63,791 nucleotides of DNA from Myxococcales bacterium (GTDB taxonomy: Bacteria > Myxococcota_A > Polyangia > Palsa-1104 > SHYY01), in assembly GCA_023248875.1 (NCBI GenBank), contig JAHFDT010000001.1:1-63791 (forward strand). The letters run 5' to 3'. Positions 43,986-51,324 of this stretch are shown here, in pieces. Made by a program: the position numbers and the translations under genes. The number at the start of each line of letters is the position of its first letter. Position 1 is the stretch's first letter. The notes under the pieces were generated by a model. That model did no database searches, was not told the DNA's origin, and saw only the letters and a program-made list of their open reading frames with translations.

Positions 43986-44236
43986 TCCGCGGTCGGATCT
44001 TGGGCGAGGTATGGGGCGCGCGCCATGCCCGCGGGCTCGACGGCCGCCGCCTCGTCGTCGTGACCCAGCCGGCGGTCGACCGCGTGCTGGTGGCCGTCGA
44101 TACCCTGGAGGCCCGGGCCGGGCAGGAGGTGCTGGTCGCACTCGGCTCGGGCGCGCGCAATGTGCTGGCCCCGGGACCGGACAACCGCGCCGAGCTTGCC
44201 GATGCCGCGGTGGCGCTACTCGTGGATGGCGGCTGA
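43982..44236 (+). CDS. EutN/CcmL-family protein, paralog 3
   Basis: The internal ATG at 43982 (ATGA overlap) gives MIRGRILGEVWGARHARGLDGRRLVVVTQPAVDRVLVAVDTLEARAGQEVLVALGSGARN...ADAAVALLVDGG. Confidence 0.75.
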   Translation: MIRGRILGEVWGARHARGLDGRRLVVVTQPAVDRVLVAVDTLEARAGQEVLVALGSGARNVLAPGPDNRAELADAAVALLVDGG

Positions 44237-44553
44237 TGTTCCTTGGCAAAGTGATCGGAACCGTCTGGTCGACGGTCAAGTGGAAACAGATCGAGGGGCT
44301 CAAGCTCCTCTTGGTGCGCCCCTATTCGCTCGCCGATCTGACCGATGTGCCGGCGTCGACCCCGGCTCCCACCCACGACGCCGTGGTGTGCGCCGATGTA
44401 CTCGATGCTGGTGTGGGCGATGAGGTGGTGGTTGCGTATGGCCATGCCGCACGCGTGGCGGTCGCGGAAAAGTTGCCCCCAGGCGAACAGCCGCCCTATC
44501 CTATCGACGCGGCGATCGTGGCCATCATCGATGGGAAAAACATAACCCCATGA
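44236..44553 (+). CDS. EutN/CcmL-family protein, paralog 4 (with insertion)
   Basis: The internal ATG at 44236 (TGATG overlap) gives MFLGKVIGTVWSTVKWKQIEGLKLLLVRPYSLADLTDVPASTPAPTHDAVVCADVLDAGVGDEVVVAYGHAAR...PIDAAIVAIIDGK. Confidence 0.8.
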   Translation: MFLGKVIGTVWSTVKWKQIEGLKLLLVRPYSLADLTDVPASTPAPTHDAVVCADVLDAGVGDEVVVAYGHAARVAVAEKLPPGEQPPYPIDAAIVAIIDGKNITP

Positions 44554-45254
44554 AGGAAATCGTCCACGCCAAAGAGGGTTCGGTGCTGGTGCAGGTCCAA
44601 GGGGGCACCTTTGCCATGGGAACCAAGGGCCACAAGAAAGAGCCCGAGCACCTGCTCAACCTGCCGACCTTTGCGATCGGCAAGACCCCGGTCACCAATC
44701 TGCAGTTCGGCAAGTTCGTTGCGGCGACCAGCTACAAGATCTCCAACTGGTGGAGCGACTACGCCAAAAAATGGGGCGATGATGCGCCAGTCGTTTGCGT
44801 CACCTGGGCCGACGCACGCGCCTATTGCGCCTGGGCAGGACTGCGCCTCCCGACCGAGGCAGAATGGGAAAAGGCCGCCCGCGGCACTGATAAGCGCGAG
44901 TTTCCCTGGGGCAACGAGTTCAATTCTGCGCTCTGCCGCAGCAAGATCGGCCAGGAGTCGACTCAGCCTCTCCCCGTCGGTAGCATTCCAACCAATGGCT
45001 CGCCCTATGGCGCCCTCGATATGACGGGCAACGTTTCAGAATGGTGCTCCTCGCTCTTTTCACCCTACCCCTACAAGGGAGCCGATGGGCGTGAGAAGGC
45101 TGCCGTCGAGGGCGCAACCGTGCGCCGCTGCGTCCGTGGGGGCTCGTGGGCTGACGATGATCTCGCGATGCTGCGTTGTGCGGCACGGCGCTCCACGCTA
45201 GCGAGCGTTTCCGTTCACACCGTCGGTTTCCGCGTGGCGATCACGGTTCGTTAG
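44550..45254 (+). CDS. FGE/SUMF1-type (formylglycine-generating enzyme family) domain protein
   Basis: The ATG overlaps the previous stop (ATGA). PVTNLQFGKFVAATSY, VCVTWADARAYCAWAGLRLPTEAEWEKAARG, GNVSEWC, RGGSW and VGFRVA are the characteristic FGE-sulfatase-domain motifs. Confidence 0.85.
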   Translation: MKEIVHAKEGSVLVQVQGGTFAMGTKGHKKEPEHLLNLPTFAIGKTPVTNLQFGKFVAATSYKISNWWSDYAKKWGDDAPVVCVTWADARAYCAWAGLRLPTEAEWEKAARGTDKREFPWGNEFNSALCRSKIGQESTQPLPVGSIPTNGSPYGALDMTGNVSEWCSSLFSPYPYKGADGREKAAVEGATVRRCVRGGSWADDDLAMLRCAARRSTLASVSVHTVGFRVAITVR

Positions 45255-45261
45255 GACCCTT

Positions 45262-45654
45262 ATACCGCCTCCCCTTGGTTCGTCGCTACTGCGGCAGCCG
45301 ATCCCTTCGGCGAATGCCTCGTCGCTCGGCCTTGAGTTACCTTCTAGCAGGCTGTTGAAAAACTCCGATGAGGCCATTTTCACATCCAAATCGTTTGCCG
45401 CCTGCTAGTCGATCTAACGGGGCGTGCCGCCCCGCTCCGTCGGCAAAGCCGTCGGAGCCTCACCCCTGCCCACGCGGCGACTCCGCCGCGGGCCCAGCCC
45501 CTCGGCCTCGGTCGCGGACGACCTCGGACCGGGGGACCCCGTGCGGGCCTAAAAAGCGACTTTATCAACAGCCTAGGTAGCCCTGCGGCCTCGCTCCTCG
45601 CCCCGCCGTGGGCTCGGCTGCCTCGCAACGCGACGAATCAAGGGGAGGCGGTAT
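45262..45654. mobile_element. About 393-bp element with 25-nt terminal inverted repeats and extended imperfect arms (MITE-like / giant hairpin)
   Basis: ATACCGCCTCCCCTTGGTTCGTCGC (45262-45286) matches the reverse complement of GCGACGAATCAAGGGGAGGCGGTAT (45630-45654) at 24 of 25 positions. Inward similarity continues (GCAGCCGA, TACCT, GGCTGTTGA on both arms) to about 95 nt per arm. No ORF with coding character lies inside. Confidence 0.6.
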
Positions 45655-46202
45655 TAGCACTTGCCAAACAGGTAGCTCGCCGCGCACTGGCACTGGCAAA
45701 GCGCCTGCGCTTTGGCGTCCTTTTGGCGACACGCTAGAACCACCCGATTTCGGGCGGTGCCGCTGCGGCGCGACGCGAGCTCGGTTACCCTGAGTTCGAG
45801 CAGGTAGCTGTTCCCGAAAAAATCGATGCGCGCATTGTTGGGGCAGACGGCGATGTTGGAGACATTGGTGTAGCTGCGCAGATCGGGGATCAGTGTGTCC
45901 TCGCCTGCGGGAAGGAGCTCCACGGTGCGAGCGTTTTGGCCGTAGAGCGTCGCACCATCGAGCGACAGCAGCCTGCCGTCGAGCTGTACGGTCGTTTCGC
46001 GACCGTTGCGGATGCGCCCGCCGACAAACATCACGTGGCCCCCCTGCGGCGGAAAGACCAGATCGGCTGGATCGCCATCGTGCACCGGCTGGAGCGTCAT
46101 CGTTGCGCGGTCGTAAATCGCCAGCTCCACCTGCAAGGCAGCGCCATCGGCCACATCCACGGCGCCGCATCCAGCGAACGCCAAGAGCAAGAGCCCGCGC
46201 AT
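45654..46202 (-). CDS. Lipoprotein of unknown function
   Basis: The internal ATG at 46202 gives MRGLLLLAFAGC, a lipobox. It is 182 aa with a C-terminal Cys-rich tail (CRQKDAKAQALCQCQCAASYLFGKC). The annotated 447-aa ORF extension is antisense to the Kelch gene. Confidence 0.6.
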   Translation of the reverse strand: MRGLLLLAFAGCGAVDVADGAALQVELAIYDRATMTLQPVHDGDPADLVFPPQGGHVMFVGGRIRNGRETTVQLDGRLLSLDGATLYGQNARTVELLPAGEDTLIPDLRSYTNVSNIAVCPNNARIDFFGNSYLLELRVTELASRRSGTARNRVVLACRQKDAKAQALCQCQCAASYLFGKC

Positions 46203-46247
46203 GCTGCATCTTGTCAGCGCAGCCGAGATGATGGCAAGGTGGCCCGC

Positions 46248-47441
46248 ATGGCACGGTGCTTTTTTCTCCTTCTCATATTGGGATGCACTTCCACCCCTCC
46301 GGACAGCGCGAACGATGCAGGCGCGATGTGCACCCCTTCGGGGCTGCGCCCCGGCGCGCGCTATGCGCACCAGGCGGTGGCGGGCAATGGCAAGCTGTGG
46401 GTCTACGGCGGCGATAGCGCGCCCTTCAACCCGAATGGTATGACGCCCTCGGTCTACGTGGACGAGCTCTGGAGCTACGATCTCGGCTGCCAAAGCTGGT
46501 CGCGTAGCACAGGTCTCGGCGCACCCGGCCGGCGCGGTCTCTATGCGGCGACGCTCGACGAAAAACGCCAGCGCATCCTGCTCGTCGGCGGGCGCAAGAA
46601 CGATCACGGCTATGAGCTCCTCAATGACCTGTGGAGCTTCGACTTGATCGCGCAGAAATGGACGCAGCTCGGGCCCTCGGGCAGCCCGCCCAAGAAGCGC
46701 CAGAGCCATCGCGTCGTCTATGATCCGACCGGTGACCGGCTGCTGCTCTTTGGCGGCAATGGCGCGACTCTTTTCGGCGGCAACGTACTCGGCGACACCT
46801 GGGAGCTGAGCTTTGCCAGCGGCGGCGATGGCGCCTGGCAGGAGCTGAAACCCGCGCAGCATCCGAGCGCTCGACAGGATGTAGGTACCGCATTCGATGC
46901 CAGCCGCGGCCTGTGGCTGGTCTTCGGCGGCGCGTTCGACTTTAGCAACTACAGTGATGAGGTGTGGGCCTTCGAACTGTCGAAGAACGAGTGGCATCTC
47001 GTCGATATGAGCGGCGGCCGTCCAACGAAACGCTTTTGGGCGACCCTGGTACGCGATGAGCCGCGCGACCGAATCCTCCTATTCGGCGGCCATGACGATG
47101 GTCCGATCGGTCTGGTCAACGACAGCTGGAGCCTCGCCCTCTCCTCCGATGGAAAAACCGGTAGCTGGCAGAATCTCATCGGTGGCGATAGCGAGTTATC
47201 GATTGCCGGCGTCGACCCTCTCAGTCCCGAGCGCCGCAACAAGCAGAGCTTCGTCGCGCTCGGCAGTGAAGTCTGGCTCTTCGGCGGGATCACCGACTGC
47301 GGGCCCATCAACGACGTTTGGACCTTCGACCTCGCTGCCAATCACTGGACCCGCCGCTGGCCGGCGGAGCTGGGAGAGACATGCGCCCGGCGGGCCACGG
47401 AAAAGCAGACCTGTCCCAGTGATTGCGGGAACCCGCTATAA
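46248..47441 (+). CDS. Kelch-repeat beta-propeller lipoprotein
   Basis: The ATG at 46248 gives MARCFFLLLILGC. Six repeats carry the Kelch-like GG....NDLW.FDL pattern: VDELWSYDL, LNDLWSFDL, LGDTWELSF, SDEVWAFEL, VNDSWSLAL and INDVWTFDL. Confidence 0.8.
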   Translation: MARCFFLLLILGCTSTPPDSANDAGAMCTPSGLRPGARYAHQAVAGNGKLWVYGGDSAPFNPNGMTPSVYVDELWSYDLGCQSWSRSTGLGAPGRRGLYAATLDEKRQRILLVGGRKNDHGYELLNDLWSFDLIAQKWTQLGPSGSPPKKRQSHRVVYDPTGDRLLLFGGNGATLFGGNVLGDTWELSFASGGDGAWQELKPAQHPSARQDVGTAFDASRGLWLVFGGAFDFSNYSDEVWAFELSKNEWHLVDMSGGRPTKRFWATLVRDEPRDRILLFGGHDDGPIGLVNDSWSLALSSDGKTGSWQNLIGGDSELSIAGVDPLSPERRNKQSFVALGSEVWLFGGITDCGPINDVWTFDLAANHWTRRWPAELGETCARRATEKQTCPSDCGNPL

Positions 47442-47448
47442 TAGGGAC

Positions 47449-48021
47449 GTGAGCCGAATCCTCAAAGGGGGCAACAAGACGGGTGAGCTTCAGGCTGTGC
47501 CGGCGGATGTGGACGATCCGCGCGGTGAAGCGGAGCGGATCTTGCGCCAGGCCCAAGCGGAGGCGGAGCGGATCCGGTTACAGTCTGCGGCTGAAGGACG
47601 CGAGCGGGGGATGGCAGCAGTGACGGAGCTGCTCGTCGGGGCCCGCGCGGCGGCCTCGCGAATGCGATCTCAGTCGACGGCGGAGCTGCGTGCCCTCGCA
47701 GTCCGCATCGCTGAGAAGCTGCTCGGCCGCGAGCTCACCTTGCGGCCCGATGCGGTGACCGATCTGGTCGCCGAAGCACTGGGTGCCGCCAGCACGGCTC
47801 ACCAGTTGACCCTGCGCTGCCATCCCGATGATCTGGCTGCGCTCGAACGAGGGCGACCACGATTTGTCGAGCGTTGTGCCCGCGCGCAGGCGATTCAGTT
47901 TCGCAGCGACCCCCAGGTGGGACGCGGCGGTTGCATCATCGAAAGCGATTTGGCGACCATCGATGCACGCCTATCGACACAGCTGGATGTGATCGAACGA
48001 GCCCTTCGCGGCGATGAGTAG
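47449..48021 (+). CDS. FliH / SctL-like type III export ATPase regulator
   Basis: The GTG at 47449 lies 8 nt after the Kelch stop. An A/E/R-rich coiled N-terminal half (EAERILRQAQAEAERIRLQSAAEGRERG) is followed by a C-terminal FliH/YscL-like domain (…LTLRCHPDDLAALE…GGCIIESDLATIDARLSTQLDVIERAL). Confidence 0.65.
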   Translation: MSRILKGGNKTGELQAVPADVDDPRGEAERILRQAQAEAERIRLQSAAEGRERGMAAVTELLVGARAAASRMRSQSTAELRALAVRIAEKLLGRELTLRPDAVTDLVAEALGAASTAHQLTLRCHPDDLAALERGRPRFVERCARAQAIQFRSDPQVGRGGCIIESDLATIDARLSTQLDVIERALRGDE

Positions 48022-49339
48022 CCCGCTCGACCTCGAGAACGCGCTGCGTGTTCTCGATCACCTTCAGCCGACACGCGTGGCCGGCCGCGTCACCGAGCTC
48101 ACCGGTCTGGTCATGCGCGCCACAGCTCCGGGGGCGCGCGCTGGAGAGCTCGTCACCATCGACCGTTCCCGCGGCGGACCACTGCGGGCCGAGGTGGTCG
48201 GCTTTCGGGGCGAAGAGGTGGTACTGCTGCCGCTCGGCGACGCTGCTGGCGTGGGACCAGACTCGGTGGTTCGTCCCACGGGGCGACCGTTTTCGATCCG
48301 CTGCGGCCCCTCGCTGCTCGGCCGTGTGCTCGATGGCATCGGTGAGCCGATCGATGGCCTTGGTGAACCAGAAGGGCTCGAACCCTGGTCGGTTGAACGA
48401 AACTCCCCCGAACCGCTCAGCCGCCGCCGCGTCACCGCGCCGCTCAGCCTTGGCGTTCGTGCCATCGATGGTTGTCTTACTATCGGAGAAGGACAGCGGA
48501 TCGGCCTCTTCGCTGGACCCGGCCTCGGCAAATCGACTCTGCTCGGCCAGATCGCACGCTCCTCGACCGCCGAGGTCAATGTCATTGGACTCGTCGGAGA
48601 GCGGGGCCGCGAAGTGCGCGACTTCATCGAGAGCGAGCTCGGCCCAGAAGGGCTCAGCCGCTCCGTGGTCGTTGCTGCCACCTCCGATGCGTCGCCACTG
48701 CTGCGACTCAAGTCCGCGCTGGTAGCGACCGCCATCGCGGAGCACTTTCGCGCGCGCGGCAAACGCGTACTCCTGCTGCTCGACTCGCTCACGCGGGTGG
48801 CCCGTGCGCAGCGCGAAGTGGGCTTGGCCGCTGGTGAGCCACCTGCTCGACAGGGATTTCCACCCTCAGTGTTTGCGCTATTGCCGCGCCTCCTCGAGCG
48901 CACCGGCCAGTCTGATCGCGGATCGATCACGGCCCTCTATGCGGTGCTGACCTCCGCTCAAGGCGGCGACGATGGTGACGACCCGATCGCCGATGAGGTC
49001 CGGGCCATTCTCGACGGCCACATCTGGCTCTCCCGGGAGCTGGCCGCGCGCAACCACTGGCCGGCTATCGATATCGTGCGTTCCCTCTCCCGCGTGATGG
49101 ATGAAATTGTCTCTCCCGCCCAAAGACGGGCCGCCGCCAATCTCCGCGAAGTGGTCGCCATCTATGAACGCCAGCGCGAACTCATCCAGCTCGGTGCCTA
49201 CCGTCGCGGCAGCGATGCCGACACCGACTGGGCGCTCGAACGGATCGATGAGGCCTACCGATTTCTCCGCCAACCGCGCGACCAACCCGAACCGCTCGAA
49301 ACCGCGCGACACAAGCTGATCCAGCTGTTCGGAGACTAG
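48014..49339 (+). CDS. FliI/YscN (SctN) family type III secretion ATPase
   Basis: Overlaps the FliH-like gene by 8 nt. The Walker A is GLFAGPGLGKSTLL and the Walker B region is VLLLLDSLTRVARAQREV. ITALYAVL...GDD..DPIADE.R.ILDGHI.LSR.LA....PAID is typical of the family. Confidence 0.9.
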   Translation: MSSPLDLENALRVLDHLQPTRVAGRVTELTGLVMRATAPGARAGELVTIDRSRGGPLRAEVVGFRGEEVVLLPLGDAAGVGPDSVVRPTGRPFSIRCGPSLLGRVLDGIGEPIDGLGEPEGLEPWSVERNSPEPLSRRRVTAPLSLGVRAIDGCLTIGEGQRIGLFAGPGLGKSTLLGQIARSSTAEVNVIGLVGERGREVRDFIESELGPEGLSRSVVVAATSDASPLLRLKSALVATAIAEHFRARGKRVLLLLDSLTRVARAQREVGLAAGEPPARQGFPPSVFALLPRLLERTGQSDRGSITALYAVLTSAQGGDDGDDPIADEVRAILDGHIWLSRELAARNHWPAIDIVRSLSRVMDEIVSPAQRRAAANLREVVAIYERQRELIQLGAYRRGSDADTDWALERIDEAYRFLRQPRDQPEPLETARHKLIQLFGD

Positions 49340-49776
49340 GCTTTCATCTTGAGCTCGTTCCAGCTCCCACCCAGCGTGGGCGCTGTCGTGGCGGGAAGCC
49401 CCAACGCCGACCAGCCCTTTTCCATGAGCCGCCCCATGCCATCTGCTTCACCACTCCAGCCGCCGCGCATCTCGACCAGCTCGGTAAAGCCCGCCGCTTC
49501 GAGCACCATCGCCGCCCGCTGAGAGCGTCCGCCCGCCTTGCACGCCAGAATCAATTTCGCATCCTTCGCAAAATTCGCCGCTATCACGGCTGTGAACTCT
49601 CCGTTGGGCGCCATGCCCATGCCGGTCGCGTGCATGAGCGGTGCGTTGACCGCCCCTTCGGCGTGGCCCTGTTCGTATTCGGGCACCGAGCGTACATCGA
49701 CGTACCGATACCCCAGCCCCATGAGGTCGTGTGCTTCCGTGGGAGAGATCCGTTTCACCGCCATCTTGCCCTCCAT
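49336..49776 (-). CDS. Rhodanese-domain sulfurtransferase-like protein
   Basis: The internal ATG at 49776 gives MEGKMAVKRISPTEAHDLMGLGYRYVDVRSVPEYEQGHAEGAVNAP. The active-site loop is ILACKAGGRS (CxxGxR). The longer ORF extension is antisense to the NUDIX gene. Confidence 0.8.
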   Translation of the reverse strand: MEGKMAVKRISPTEAHDLMGLGYRYVDVRSVPEYEQGHAEGAVNAPLMHATGMGMAPNGEFTAVIAANFAKDAKLILACKAGGRSQRAAMVLEAAGFTELVEMRGGWSGEADGMGRLMEKGWSALGLPATTAPTLGGSWNELKMKA

Positions 49777-49800
49777 GCTTGCACCAAGAGGAAGGGATGA

Positions 49801-50220
49801 ATGATAATCACATTTCAAATGGCGAACCAATCGATTCGAGTGGTGGCGGCCGTGGTGCGAAACCAGGGGCGCTACCTCATCACGCAGCGGCGTGAGCAGG
49901 CGGTATTGCCGCTGCTTTGGGAGTTTCCCGGTGGCAAAGTGAAGGCGGGCGAAAGCGACGAGGCGGCGCTCGAACGCGAGCTGCGGGAGCGTCTCGATGC
50001 GCGTGCCACCATCGGCAAAAAGGCGGGCGAAAAGCACCACGTCTACGACGGTTATGAAGTGACGCTGGTCCTCTACAACGCCACCTTCGACGAACGCCGG
50101 CCGCTCGTCGCCAAGAAGGTGAAGGAGTTTCGCTGGGTGCTCTCCAGCGAATTCGAGCGCTACCCCTTTCCTGCGGCCGACCAGCACACGATGGACCAGC
50201 TACTCGGGATAAAACGCTGA
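49801..50220 (+). CDS. NUDIX hydrolase (MutT-like)
   Basis: The Nudix box is GGKVKAGESDEAALERELRERLDA (Gx5Ex7REUxEExGU-like). The WEFPGG context is typical of MutT/CTP pyrophosphohydrolase types. Confidence 0.85.
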   Translation: MIITFQMANQSIRVVAAVVRNQGRYLITQRREQAVLPLLWEFPGGKVKAGESDEAALERELRERLDARATIGKKAGEKHHVYDGYEVTLVLYNATFDERRPLVAKKVKEFRWVLSSEFERYPFPAADQHTMDQLLGIKR

Positions 50221-51161
50221 TGCGTGCGCTCGCCCTACTCCTCGTCGTCGGCTGCACGCAAACTCAACTGCCGTCACCGATGCCCGATCTCGGCCCGCCC
50301 GATATGGCCACCCCGGTGCAGATCGTGCCCCTGCAAATTGGGCCCATTCCGCTCAATCCGGGTCAGGAAAAGACTGTTTGTAGCGTCTTCAAATTGCCGA
50401 ATGCCAATCCGATCGATGTCATCCAGATCAACGCCACACTGGCGCCGGGCTCGCACCACCTGGTTCTGTACAAATCCAAGGCGACCCTGGAAAAGGTGCC
50501 GCCGTTTGATTGCCCGCCGCTCGATATCTCGAAGGGCGATGTCCCGGTTTTCATCGCCGAGACCGAAGCCAACAACAGCATGCCGCTCCCGAAGGGCGCA
50601 GCCTACCATTTTGAAGCCGGTCAAATGGTCAAGCTCGAGGCGCACTACCTCAATGCCACCAACCAGTCGGTCGATGGTTTGGGCAAGGTGAATCTCTCCG
50701 TGCCGCTGCAGCCAGGAACCTACCAGCTGGCTGATATCATGTTCTGCGGCTCGGTCTTGGCCCTAAGCTCGCAACTCGGCACCGGTGTGCCGCCGGGAGA
50801 TACGACGCTCCCGCCCGGCTTTTACAAGCCACCCGCCGGCGTCAAAGTGTTCGCGCTCACCACCCACCAACACAAGCGTGGCGCGCTCATGACCCTCGAT
50901 AAATCGACCAGCAGCACGCCTGGCACCAACTTGACCATGGGCCAGCCCTACGACAACCCGCCCTTTGTCACCTACGACGATGACCACCTCGTCACCTTCA
51001 AGCCGAACGAAGGGTTTCGTTGGCAGTGCCAGTACCACAACCCCAACAACAAGACCTACTACTTCGGTCAGTCGGCGGAAGACAACGAGATGTGCTTCTT
51101 CTGGGCCTACTACTACCCCTCGGTCGGCAAGTTCATCTCCGACTTCGACTGCTGGCAGTAG
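50220..51161 (+). CDS. Lipoprotein with PHM/DBH-like (copper type II ascorbate-dependent monooxygenase) ligand pattern
   Basis: The lipobox is MRALALLLVVGC. His/Met ligand candidates are HH (aa 79-80), H142, HxH (216/218) and M291. Their spacings (62, 74, 73) are close to the CuH HH..H and CuM HxH..M spacing of peptidylglycine monooxygenase (about 64, 70, 70 as I recall). Confidence 0.55.
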   Translation: MRALALLLVVGCTQTQLPSPMPDLGPPDMATPVQIVPLQIGPIPLNPGQEKTVCSVFKLPNANPIDVIQINATLAPGSHHLVLYKSKATLEKVPPFDCPPLDISKGDVPVFIAETEANNSMPLPKGAAYHFEAGQMVKLEAHYLNATNQSVDGLGKVNLSVPLQPGTYQLADIMFCGSVLALSSQLGTGVPPGDTTLPPGFYKPPAGVKVFALTTHQHKRGALMTLDKSTSSTPGTNLTMGQPYDNPPFVTYDDDHLVTFKPNEGFRWQCQYHNPNNKTYYFGQSAEDNEMCFFWAYYYPSVGKFISDFDCWQ

Positions 51162-51164
51162 ATT

Positions 51165-51324
51165 AGGCGCCCGACCGGAATAAACTGCGCAACTGGGCAG
51201 CCGATCCATCCCTGCTCGCCTCGTTGCTTCTCGGTCAAATGCAGAGAGTATTCTCCCTCGTCGCGCCTCGCGAATCAGGGCGCCTCGACTGCCGAGATGT
51301 GCAGTTTATTCCGGCCGGGCGCCT
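51165..51324. repeat. Pair of 24-nt inverted repeats (REPIN-like hairpin) filling a convergent intergenic gap
   Basis: AGGCGCCCGACCGGAATAAACTGC (51165-51188) matches the reverse complement of GCAGTTTATTCCGGCCGGGCGCCT (51301-51324) at 23 of 24 positions. The spacer is 112 nt. Imperfect complementarity continues about 14 nt inward. Confidence 0.8.

Noticed and set aside
45262-45654. Retron-like msr/msd ncRNA (inverted repeats flanking a structured GC-rich segment)
   Set aside because: No reverse transcriptase ORF lies adjacent on either strand, and the repeats are much longer than typical a1/a2 repeats. The feature is kept only as a generic IR element.
45654-46997. 447-aa ORF suggesting one large minus-strand protein
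   Set aside because: Only the last 182 codons, starting at the lipobox Met at 46202, look real. The upstream part is antisense to the well-supported Kelch lipoprotein gene. The same logic trimmed 49336..50187 to the rhodanese core, 51324..52631 to the GAF-GGDEF core, and 29274..29738 to folB.
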